From NCBI GenBank assembly GCA_030390025.1, contig CM059432.1, forward strand, positions 101,930,001-101,994,000: a stretch of DNA of 64,000 nt. Reading direction: 5' to 3'. The position numbers were made by a program, and so were the translations under genes. This DNA is from Squalus acanthias (taxonomy: Eukaryota). This document shows, piece by piece, positions 1-11,089 of the stretch. Position 1 is the stretch's first letter. Each line of letters opens with the position of its first letter. The notes beneath the pieces were generated by a model, which saw only the letters and a list, made by a program, of their open reading frames with translations, ran no database searches and was not told the origin of the DNA.

Positions 1-518
1 AACGCATTTACAGGGACCCCTATAATCCCTGGCACACAGATAATGTAACACTATGAATGCAACACTATGAGTTATGTACTTATTAAAAGAATAGTAATGC
101 AATAATTCACCTGTTTGGGATGCAATATTGCATCAGATATAGTCTTCTGTAACATGTACAAAGTGGAAACTAAGCAAGGAAGTGCATGTTATGTAGAAGT
201 AGACAACTCCTACTTATGATGCCTAAACTACATGCAATGAATTTATGTGTTATCTCTGCCTTCATAAAAAAACAAGAAGTTCAATATATACGAATGGGTC
301 TAACAAAATTGTTATAATTTTGGTTGAACTGAGATTTGCAAATGTAAAAAATGGTGAACTAAATTTAACGAAATGGAACCTAATGACACAGGCCTGAGAG
401 TGTGTATATATAACATTTTGATGATTCTCAATACAACCTGGCTAGATTAAGTTATACAAATAAGTTGATTTTGTTTATACCATGCTTTGTCCTAAATTAC
501 AACAGACACTTCAAAAGT

Positions 519-1547
519 TTCCATACCAGTGCTTCCGACATGTCTTCCTTTTTCCTCAACCGAGGATTCCCCTCTACTGTGGTTGACACGGCCCTTGACC
601 GTGTCCGTTCCATTTCCCGCAATTCTGCTTTCACCCCTTCCCCTCCCTCCCAGAACCATGATAGGGTTCCCCTTGTCCTCACCTTTCACCCCACCAGCCT
701 CCACATTCAACGGATCATCCTCCACCATTTCCGCCACCTCCAACGTGATCCCACTACCAAACGCATCTTCCCGTCACCTCCCCTTTCAGCATTCCGAAGG
801 GACCGCTCCCTCCGCGACACCCTGGTCCACTCCTCAATCACCCCTAACAGCCCTTCCCCTTCGCCTGGCACCTTCCCGTGCAAGCGCAGGAGATGCAACA
901 CATGCCCTTTTACCTCCTCCCTTCCCACTGTCCAGGGCCCCAAACACCCCTTCCAGGTGAAACAGCGATTTACTTGTACTTCTTGCAATTTAGTATACTG
1001 TATTCGCTGCTCACGATGTGGTCTCCTCTACATTGGGGAGACCAAACGCAGATTGGGTGACCGCTTTGCGGAACACCTCCGTTCAGTCCGTAAGGGTAAC
1101 CCTGAGCTTCCGGTCGCTTGTCACTTTAATTCACTGCTTCACTCCCACTCTGACCTCTCTGTCCTCGGCCTATTACATTGTTCCAATGAAGCTCAATGTA
1201 AGCTCGAGGAACAGCACCTCATCTTTCGATTAGGCACTTTACAGCCTTCTGGCCTCAACATTGAGTTCAGCAATTTCAAACTATAACCCCTACCCCCATT
1301 TTTCATGCTGTATGATTTTGCCATTCCCATTTGCAACATTTTATCTTTCCTGCCTCTTACAAAAGCACAGTATGTTCCTTCAATTCCTTCCTCCCCTCCT
1401 GTCTCTGCACCTGCTTAATATCTGTTACATATCCAGCTTTTTCCAGTTCTGATGAAGGGTCCCAGACCTGAAACATTAACTCTGTTTCTCTCTCCACGGA
1501 TGCTGCCTGGCCTGCTGAATTTTTCCAGCGTTTTCTGTTGTTACTTC
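519..1547 (+). mobile_element. 5'-truncated Penelope-like retroelement (thumb/linker, Cys motif, GIY-YIG endonuclease, 3' region)
   Basis: ORF 465-1286 has PCKRRRCNTC, NLVYCIRCSRCGLLYIGET and LEEQHLIFRLGTLQPSGLN, typical of a PLE GIY-YIG C-terminus; element homology starts near 519; the 3' region carries a hammerhead motif. Confidence 0.9.
1445..1481 (+). ncRNA. Minimal type I hammerhead ribozyme motif (PLE-associated)
   Basis: AGTT-CTGATGA-A-GGGTC/cca/GACCT-GAA-ACAT-T-AACT; stem I AGTT/AACT; helix III ACAT is probably CpG-decayed ACGT. Confidence 0.8.
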
Positions 1548-1600
1548 AAAAGTACTTAATTGGCTGTAAAGCACTTTGGGATGTCCTGAAGTCATGAAAG
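1548..1600 (+). mobile_element. SacSINE1-like SINE 3' tail fragment
   Basis: AAAAGTACTTAATTGGCTGTAAAGCACTTTGGGATGTCC matches the tail of the SINE at 44705-45160. Confidence 0.7.
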
Positions 1601-1787
1601 GCTGGTTTGTCAGAAACAAGGGCCTCCTGACCACATCTAGTCAGATTTAGTTGCTTCTACTCTGCCAGCAGTATGTCTTACTCCAAACATCAGAAGAGCA
1701 CACCTTACTGGCACTGTGTGATTTTATTTTTAACTTCACAAACCAGCATCCATACAGCCCTTGTAAGTACCAATTTATTGACTTATT

Positions 1788-2073
1788 GGCCCAATTTTTT
1801 ATGTGGAAGGTGGGTTGGGAGCGGGGGAGCTCCGAAGCAGTTGGGAAACCTGGGAGAACGGGTTTCCTGCAGGCCCTGCTGAATTTAGCGGCTGGGCCTG
1901 CTTTGCTTGGGGAAGCCTCTGGTCCCCCCCGTCGCAGCCAGCCCCCCTTCCCGCCTCCGTTAAAACCGAAGTGAGCGGGTTGAAGGCGGGTTCTGGTCGG
2001 GATTCTGATTTTTAACACTTTAACTTCACACACGACCCCAACCCACCTGTTCCTTTAAGTAAAACTTTCCCCC
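1788..2073. mobile_element. Harbinger-type MITE (related to 13773-14455)
   Basis: GG..AATTTT and AAAACTTTCCCCC ends; the GATTTTTAACACTTTAAC..CCAACCCACC block is shared with 14390-14430. Confidence 0.55.
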
Positions 2074-2940
2074 ATTCTGTCAAATTGGGGACAGTTTTGT
2101 GCTGTAAGCAATGGAAACTCATTTGATACTCTCCAAACTCATTTCAAATAGAACGGTCATAGCCAATACAGAGACAAGACTTTCACCCACTTCTTCAGCC
2201 CCCACACCCCCCTCCACTGCCCACCCTGTTATCTAGACTTTTGGTTCAAACCCAGGCCAAAGAGGTAAAAGGGTAGCATGTTTCACCCACTACACCATTC
2301 AGTTTCTTTTAAACCACTTTTAATACTTCTGTCATGGACAGTTTACAGACACAAAAGTCGAGACCTCTGCTGACTTTGCTTTTAATGCTCTCTCAGTTTT
2401 ACAGTGGGTGAAAAGTAATCTCAAACTCACATCAAGTTCACAACATTAGAAAGTTGCCACAAATTCATTTATAGTGGCAAGTAGACGACTAATTTTGCAT
2501 TTATTTGACTTCCCTTTGCGACTAGAAATTAAATATACAGAGCAATTGAAGAACAGAAATTGAACATAAAATGAAAAGAATAGTCAGTGTGGAAATATGG
2601 ATAGAACACATGCTGAAATTCACCATTAAGTCAAAGGGAAAATAATCTTACATAAGTAGAAATACATTGTGAAAACCTAAACAGGGAAGCATAGACTGTA
2701 AAAAATTAAAAGACAAAAACTGATGGGCTTCAGATACAGGCTTCAAGCAAAAAGGGAATGTCAGTGAAAAAGTTATGAAGGAAACTGAAAATGACCAGGC
2801 ATTTTTCTCCAGAGAATGGCATTTGGCAAATCATTCTTGTTTTATATCCAGATGAGCTATGTATTTTTATCAGAATGACTTCATATACAAACGACATGAT
2901 GGTGCAATTTAGGTTATTGTTTTTTGTCTGTAAAGATTCA

Positions 2941-3667
2941 GGGGGAAAAATTCGGTTAATTTGCGCCTCCCGTTAGCGTCCTAAGAGGGCGCTAACGGGG
3001 TGTAAAGCAACTAGCGCGTGGGCGCTGTGCCGCTAACGCCTCCCGCGAAATTCAGCGGGAGGTTAGCGGTGGCGGTAACCGTTAGCGCCCTGTGGTTCTG
3101 TGCACGGCGATGACATCATTGCCGTGCGCAGCACCCCGCTCGCGCCCCGGCTGCAATCGTCAATAGCGCCCTCTGTTTACCGCCGGACGCTATGTCCAAC
3201 GGGGTCAGGGGGATCTATCTGCGGCCGGGGTGGCGCTAATTAAAAGGAAGGTGCTGGACGGCCATTTTTGTTGCTGGCCGCCTGCCAGCACCTGCCCACT
3301 TTGCTGTCCCTGGCCTTCTGAACAGCCCCCCCCCCCCCACCCCCCCACCCTGCGGAGTGTCGGCTGCGCTCCGTGAGCCTGGCAGTTCTCTTGAATGCCG
3401 GGCTCTTTTGTCGGCACTCTGATTCCTGGTGGCCCAGCTGGGCCCCGGGACGCGCTGCGCTAGGCCCCTCCCCTTTAATAAGGGGAGGACGACCTGCAGA
3501 ACCGCGGCACGACGTGCCGCAGAGCGTGGTGCTGCGGCACGTAGCGCCACGATATTTACTTGCAGCGCCCCAAGAGGGAGGCGGGGCGCTTCCAGTAGCG
3601 CCCTGCCTCCCTCTTGGGGCGCTACCGGTGAATTCCGGTTCTGGGGGCGCAACCCAATTTTTCCCCC
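2941..3667. mobile_element. PIF/Harbinger-type MITE
   Basis: TIRs GGGGGAAAAATT / AATTTTTCCCCC, 3-bp TSD TCA, GC-rich TAGCGCC repeats. Confidence 0.85.
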
Positions 3668-4406
3668 TCATTTTTTTCCTCTTAATGGAGGTGTGAAAGC
3701 TACAAATAAGGAAAGTCGCAGAGAACTGGAATACAAGCTAAAGAACAAGGGGAACAAGAGGATACAAGGAATCAGGAAGAAAAGGTGTTTTTAAGGGAAT
3801 GGATCCATACAGGAGAGTTATAATACAGCCCTGTACTTTTTGTTTCTTTGTCAATTTGTCCCAAGCAATTTCCACTCCACCACCTCCCCTGCACCCCCTC
3901 AGTCCATTCTTTTCACTTGCAATTTTCACCTATTTTGGCAATTTATTATCCTCCAATAAGATCCTGGTTTTTCCATTGATTTTTCTGGATTGAAACTGCA
4001 AATACTGCTGCTGCCTTTCAAAAATCCCACACTTTCTCTTCCTGCACTGTATTCCGATTCCTTCTTTTTCTGATTCTGAAGGTACCCAATCACCTTTACC
4101 AACCTCAGAGCACTATCAGAAGAAAGCTGAAGGCTGTAGGATATATTTATTGATCCTACAATCCAACAGGAAGCTGCGCTCAAAAGGAGTGCCGGTTGGA
4201 CAATCAACACTATAGTGTGCAATCCTATCCCTTTAAAAGGGACTCCACAGTGGGACAAATGAATTCTTCCTTGTGGCACTGCTATTTATAAATAATTGAA
4301 ACTTCATGAGGGAGGAGAGGACAAATTACTTATCTGCACATTTTATTCCCAAGTCATATATTATGAATAAGTTTATTTGTCAACTGTGCTTTGCTGGACA
4401 ATAATA

Positions 4407-4685
4407 CCTACCACCTAGAAGGACAAGGGCAGCAGGCGCATGGGAACACCACCACCTCCAAGTTTCCCTTCCAATCACACACCATCCTGACTTGGAAATA
4501 TATTCCGTTGCTTCATCATCGCTGGGTCAAAATCCTGGAACTCCCTCCCTAACAGCACAGTGGAAGAACCTTCACCTCACGGACTGCAGCGGTTCAAGAA
4601 GGCGGCCCACCACCACCTTCTCAAGGGCAATTAGGGATGGGCAATAAATGCCAACGATGCCCACTTTCCATGAATGAATTAAAAA
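4407..4685 (+). mobile_element. CR1-group LINE 3' end
   Basis: Matches the 3' end of the element at 26167-29764 (CCACCACCACCTTCTCAAGGGCAATTAGGGATGGG..AATAAATG). Confidence 0.85.
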
Positions 4686-4689
4686 CAAT

Positions 4690-5430
4690 GGCCCAAAAAT
4701 TCGTGAGGAAGCCTTCGTGCGAGGGTAAGGCTTCTACGTGATATCTCACTGCGCGTTGGCTTTTTCAGTTCCAGCTCGCACGAACTTGATGTTCTGGACA
4801 GCTGGTGTGCTGGGCTTGCGTATCCCACAGGCGCAGTTAATTCGTGCGAGCTGTGGGATCACGTGACTCAGTTATAGCCAATGGCAGCACACCATCTTCC
4901 ATTCATAACTTTCACATAAGTGCTGTGAAAGCTATGAATCTATACCCCCCCAAAAGAACAGCTAAACCTCAATTAAATTTAAAAAAACCCATCACATTAA
5001 TAAAATAAGTATAGTTAAATAAATTAACCATTTTAAATAAAAAATTAAATTTTTGAAAAAATTTAAAATCTTTTAAAAAGTTATAAAAATAAACTTACCT
5101 GTCTTTAAAGTCTCTAAAAAAGATATACCTGTTAAAAAAAATTCAAAATAATACTTAATTCACTACTTACCTTGTTAAAAGTGGGTCTTACTCCTCCTTT
5201 TTTTATGTGTAGAATCTTCCGTACTTACCTGCGCGTTGAAACCACTAAGTGCACAGCGTGCGCGCAGCCTGTAGCGCGCACGCGGTTCACCTAGGACCCG
5301 CCCCCTTTTCCATTCACCAAGTGCCGGTTTTCAGCGCATGCGCAGTGCATGCAGAAAACCGGCAATTGGAGACAGAATACGCGAGAGTACACAGTGCGTA
5401 CTCTCGCGTAGCGGCACTAATTTTTGGGCC
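4690..5430. mobile_element. PIF/Harbinger-type MITE (relative of 41781-42543, opposite orientation)
   Basis: TIRs GGCCCAAAAATT / AATTTTTGGGCC, TSD AAT, AT-rich core, internal hairpin. Confidence 0.85.
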
Positions 5431-5922
5431 AATATCTAGCTGAAGTACCCATTTGCAATTTTCTACACAAGTACAGCCTCTTCCTAATACAGGCAAACTA
5501 ACATGCAAGTACCGAACTGAAAATGATAGTGAACTTGAAAGATAAAGGAGGAGTGAAGAGAAGGTAACACTATGTTGAGCATTATGTTTGATGAATGTCA
5601 GGATGCTTTGGATTGCCCTGCTCTAGCAGTCCTATTTTCTTTCTATGATTTTGTCCTGAAGAAGCCAGTTCGGGCAGTGAGAAATTGAATTAACTAAGTG
5701 ACGCAAAATGATCTGACGCGTAAACGTGACGATGCTCAGGACAGATTTAGCATCATACATGGTGAAATACGCATTAGAAATAATACTCAATGTCAAACCA
5801 AATCTCCTCTGAGTTACATATCCAGCTCACCTCATCCATGTCACAACAAATGTGAGAGTTCTCATTGTAAGTCTTTTCTAGTCAGCTTTGGAGTATTGTT
5901 TAAGCATGCAACAAAACACTTT

Positions 5923-6815
5923 GGGGGAAAAATTCAGTTGGTTGTGCCTCCCGTTAGCGCCTTAAGAGGGCGCTAATGGGGCGCAAAGCATCTAGCGCCC
6001 AGGCGCAGCGAAGTTTGCGCCGCTCGCGAAATTAACTAGACATTTTGCGGCGGCGCTAAACACTACCGCCACGATCTCCTGCGCCGGCAGATCGTGACAT
6101 CAGTCGAGTGCGCAACGCCCCGGTATCGCCCCGGAGCGGATATTGAGTGGCGCCCCCTGCCTTATCGCCTGACGCTAGCAACGACAGTTTGAGTGGAGCG
6201 TTCTGCAGTCATGAAGGGAAAGGGGGAGCGCTATTTAAAGGTGACCGCTTCCTGCCTTTTATTGTTGGTGCCATTTTTGAACTACGCATTCTGAGAGAGA
6301 GAGAGAGAGACTTCTGGAGAGATTGAATGCTGTGTGAAGGAGTTTTGGGTACTGAGCAGCACTTTGCAGCTTCATTTTGATTTGCCATTCCTTGTATCGA
6401 TTTAGAAGAGTCTGTGGGGGCTGCACTCTGAGCTCTTTGCCTGGTACTCTCCATTGTTCTTTCCAGCAGATTTGATGTGCAGGTCTCTCCAGGCCGAGAT
6501 TCAAGGCTGCAATGAGCAGGATGTGGATGGAAAGTGAGATTAACCATCCCCTTTAAGACCTGGCCCGTGCCATTGTGTGTGTGTTCCATTGCTGACTGAC
6601 ATTACATGAGCTTCGCCAGCTCTCTGAGGTAGCGCCTCGCTCCTCGGCCTTTGCGCCTTAAGACAGGTGTGAAGCGCCTGATTTAGCGCTCCAATCACCT
6701 CCAGGGGCGATAAAAGTCAAGTTTGCAGTCGGTGGCGATAATTAGTGCCAGGCGCTAATCTTTGCGCCCGGCCGATAATTGCGCCCCAAATGGGGCGATA
6801 CTGAATTTCTCCCCC
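5923..6815. mobile_element. PIF/Harbinger-type MITE (same family as 51155-52008)
   Basis: TIRs GGGGGAAAAATTC / GAATTTCTCCCCC, TSD TTT; colinear with 51155-52008. Confidence 0.88.
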
Positions 6816-7239
6816 TTTGTTCTTATTCATGATGTCTGGTACCAAGCACACTTTGAATGCAGAAAGTCTCCAGAGTTGTTCCATACCACTGGACTTACCT
6901 CTATACTGCTGTGGTGTATATTGCCCAGTCATGGAGCACACTAATGGGCTTTCAGCATAATCTGCAATTCAAAGGATCAGAAGCAGGTGCTGTGAATAAC
7001 TGGGTAGTTTGAGACAGAGGCAAATTTTCAGAACTAGGGTGGAGTTTCTGTTTGAAAAATTGTCACCCTGACAACTGCGCAGAAGCAGCTAGAGTTCTCA
7101 CCCATCAGCACAAAGGATTTCTCTAATTCTGAAGTGTTCCACCTTCCGACACTCAAATTTTCTGGTGACCTCCATTCATAAAATCACAACATAAATACAG
7201 TGCAATCTGAGCTCATAATTCCAGGAGGATCCTCATCAT

Positions 7240-7565
7240 GGCATCTAATCCCTCCCATTGGGGAATTCAATTGTTTCTTAAACCATTCCATTGCTTTTGC
7301 CTTCAATACTTTACCCAGAAGTCCACTACATGTGTTAATCACTCTTTGTTTGAAGAACAACATCTGAACATCAGTTCTAAATTTACCTTTTACAAGTTTG
7401 AACTTGTGTCTCCTTGAGCTAATGCCATAAACTAGAGTGAAGTTATTTTTTGAACTATCTTCTTTTACCCTGAGAAATGCCTTTAGAAGGTAACAGCTCA
7501 GTTGCCTAATTACAAGGATAAAAAACCCAAGTTTCTTGAATCGTTCCTCATAATTCAAACCTCCA
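7240..7565 (-). mobile_element. Old CR1 LINE 3' fragment
   Basis: Minus-strand translation LNYEERFKKLGFF..HKFKLVKGKFRTDV..FFKQRVINT. Confidence 0.7.
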
Positions 7566-7596
7566 ACACTCGAGACAGCATCACAGCTCTTCCTGA

Positions 7597-9178
7597 ACTG
7601 TGTGTAGCTTGGAGGGGAACTTGGAGGTGGTGGTGTGCCCATGCGCCTGTTGCCCTTGTCCTTCTAGGTGGAAGAGGTCGCGGGTTTGGGAGGTGCTGTC
7701 GAAGAAGCCTTGGCGAGTTGCTGCAGTGCATCTTGTAGATAGTACACACTGCAGCCACGGTGGGCCAGTGGTGGAGGGAGTGAATGTTTAAGGTGGTGGA
7801 TGGGGTGCCAATCAAGCGGGCTGCTTTGTTCTGGATGGAGTTAAGAACATAAGAACATAAGAAAGAGAAGCAGGAGGAGGCCATTTGGCCCTTCAAGCCT
7901 GCTCCACCATTCAATAAGATCATGGCTGATCTTCTACCTCATCTCCACTTTCCTGCTCTATCTCCATATCCCTTGATTCCCTTAATATTCAAAAATCTAT
8001 TGATCTCTGTCTTGGTTGAGCTTCTTGAGTGTTGTTGGAGCTGCACTCAACCAGGCAAGTGTGACTTGTGCATTGTAGATGGTGGAAATGCTTTGGGGGG
8101 TCAGCAGGTGAGACATTCGCTGCAGAATACCCAGCCTCTGACCAGCTCTTGTTGCCACATTATTTATGTGGCTGGTCCAGTTGAGTTTCTGGTCAATGGT
8201 GACCCCCAGGATGTTGATGATGGGGGATTCGGCAATGGTAATGCCAGTGCATGTCAAGGGGTGGTGGTTAGACTCTCTCTTGTTGCAGATAGGCATTGCC
8301 TGGCACTTGTATGGCGCAAATGTTACTTGCCACTTCTCAGCCCAAGCCTGAATGTCGTCCAAGTCTTGCTACATGGTGGCATGGACTGCTTCATTATCTG
8401 AGGAGTTGCGAATGGAACTGAACACTGTGCAATCATCAGCGAACATCCCCACTTCTGACCTTATGATGGAGGGAAGGTCATTGATGAAGCAGCTGAAGAT
8501 GATTGGGCCTAGGACAGTTTCCTCCAACAACCACAACCATCTTCCTTTGTGCTAGGTATATCTTCAGCCAGTGGAGAGTTTTCCCCTGATTCTCATTGAC
8601 TTTAATATTACTAGGGCTCCTTGATGCCACACTCGGTCAAATGCTGCCTTGATGTCTAGAGCAGTCACTCTCACCTCACCTCTGGAATTCAGCTCTTTTG
8701 TCCATGTTTGGACCAAGGCTGTAATGAGGTCTGGAGCCGAGTGGTCCTGGCGGAACCCAAACTGAGCATCGGTGAGCAGGTTATTGGTGAGTAAGTGCCA
8801 CTTCATAGCACTGTCGATGACACCTTCCATCACTTTGCTGATGATTGAGAGTAGACTGATGGGCGGTAATTGGCTGAATTCGTCCTGCATTTTGTGGAAA
8901 GGACATACCTGGGCAGTTTTCCACATTATCGGATAGATGCCAGTGTTGTAGCTGTACTGGAACAGCTTGGCTAGAGGCGCGGCTAGTTCTGGAGCACAAG
9001 TCTTCAGCACGATAGCCGGGATGTTGTCGGGGCCCACAAGCCTTTGCTGTATCCAATGCGCTCAGCCGTTTCTTGATAGCACTTGAAGTGAATTTAATTG
9101 GCTGAAGACTGGCTTCTGTGACGGTGGGGACCTCAGGAGGAGGACGAGATGGATCATCCACGCGGCACTTCTGATGGA
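7597..9178 (-). mobile_element. CR1-group LINE ORF2 (RT) fragment, frameshifted, containing a CR1 tail insertion at ~7843-8012
   Basis: GPDNIPAIVLKTCAPELAAPL, ISLLSIISKVMEG, QFGFRQDHS, ALDIKAAFDRVWH. Confidence 0.9.
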
Positions 9179-9269
9179 AGAGTATATGGACCAGCATTCT
9201 ATTTGCCTCGTTAATTCCTATTTTGCAGTGGCTGGACACATAAGGTGCCAAATCTACAAAAAACACTGC

Positions 9270-10822
9270 AGCCGCGAATTTAATGGCATTGAGGGGGTGG
9301 GTTTGGAGGCGGATCCATTGTCAAAATAGCAAAGAAACCCGCTGTCAACCTGCCTCCATGCGAGTCTCCTAGGTGTCGGGTCTGTCAGCGGAGAAATGTC
9401 CCTACACCAAGCGACGGGGGAGACAATTCAGATTGTTAAATGGCTTGTTCAGAGCCAATTTAAGACTATTTTGAAGCTTTCTTCTAATTTTACCTTCTCC
9501 CCCATGGGTTATCCGCTGTTCGGGGAACACGCCAGCTCAACCTGGCGTGTCTTGAGTCTGCTCTGATGTTTGTGAAAAGCTGACAGCTGCAGAAGTGGTG
9601 TAAAGGATGCCATGTTGCAGATGGTGTGTTTCAGAGCGCAGAAACTGATGGTTACTGCATTTTTAATACATATAGAGATTTCTTTAGCTTATAAGATTTT
9701 AGATCCAACTGTATGTCCAGTGCCACCTCATTGGGAGAACCTCTCTCACCAGTGACAGATTGCTTCTGTCATCTAACCTGCAGCTGCCATCTATTGCAGC
9801 AACATTGGAGCCAATGAAACAATCAGACCTTGGTCCTCCGAATCCTTCCACGATCAACTCCAACACCAACATCACCAACCTCATCACCAACCTTCTCCGC
9901 CATCACCTGATGCTGCACTGGACACAGGGCATCAGCCCCTGACAACATTGCTGCCCGGGAGGCCAGCGATGGCATCACCATGGCCAGATTTTCTTCACTT
10001 GATGCTGTAAACCCTGGCTGCCACATGATGCGCCAGGTTGACACCATCCCACACCAGCACCGTGAAACATCCCTTTAATGCCCAAGCCATTCCATGCACA
10101 AACATCACTATAGTGGGGCGGTGGGGTGTGGGGGGTGGGTGGGGCGGGTGGTGGGGGGAGTTATGACTGAGCAATCACTGGAACTCAGTAAGACACTTCT
10201 CAAGGTGTGCTCAGATCTGTCCAAAAAAGGGGCACTTTTGGAAAAAGAGATTTCACTGTATGACAACACATTACCAGAAACTTCACATGGATATCTCAAG
10301 TGCCTACCCTTGTGTGTTGTTAGTTGGCATGCTTGCAGTAGGATGAGGGCGAGTGTGAGGGGTGGCTAGTGAGATGGGGAAGTGATAAAGTAGATAGAGA
10401 GGGTTGGGTGGAGGTGCAAGGTAAGTTGGTGTTCTGGGGAGGTCTCTTCCGCCCTTGGAAGAGAAGAGAACCTCCCTGCATGCTGTGACTCCCTCCATAA
10501 GCATATGGAGGGAGTCATTGGAGAACCTGGGTGCAAGTGTTCACCTTTGTGCAGTGCTTGTCAGGGTTTGCAGCACCTCAATGCTGTCAAACACTGACAG
10601 AACAACTGTCAAACTCCATGTAGACGTGGTCCCTTTAAGGAAACCGGCTGATGATGCATCATCAAATGACGTAATCAGACCTGCTTTCTGTTAATTGGCA
10701 GGCTTAACAAGGCCAATCAAGGGAAAATCACATCTGCAGAGCGGATGCAGCTGGGAGCGGGACCGGAACCCGGAAACCAGCTGTCCTGCCCCATCCTGCC
10801 TCCTGAATTAAATTCATGGCCT
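9270..10822. mobile_element. Harbinger-derived non-autonomous element with Myb/SANT remnant
   Basis: Imperfect ends GCCGCGAATTTAA / TTAAATTCATGGCC; minus-strand LMEGVTACREVLF resembles the SANT ORF at 48128. Confidence 0.55.
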
Positions 10823-11089
10823 AAATGTCTTTCAACTTCATCCTTAGCTATTTTGACATTATTCATACCATTCTTATGTCACCAATTTTTCTATCAAGTT
10901 GCAGTACTTTACAGTTATCCATATTAAATTTCATCTGCCATTGCTCCACCGACTTATATATTTTTTCTAACTTATTTTACAGTTTCTGAGCTGCCTTATC
11001 TGATTCAGTTCTACCACAAATCCCAAGATGTCAGCAACATTCCTAATGAGACAATCAATGATCCGGAACAGCAGACAGAGGGAACCGCA

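Noticed and set aside
3205..3794. Overlapping 100-140 aa ORFs, CpG-island-like region
   Set aside because: They arise from a GC-rich MITE bounded by TIRs and a TSD; not a gene or host promoter
3926..4279. Minus-strand ORF in unique sequence
   Set aside because: No recognisable protein or convincing splice sites; two frames are open, probably by chance
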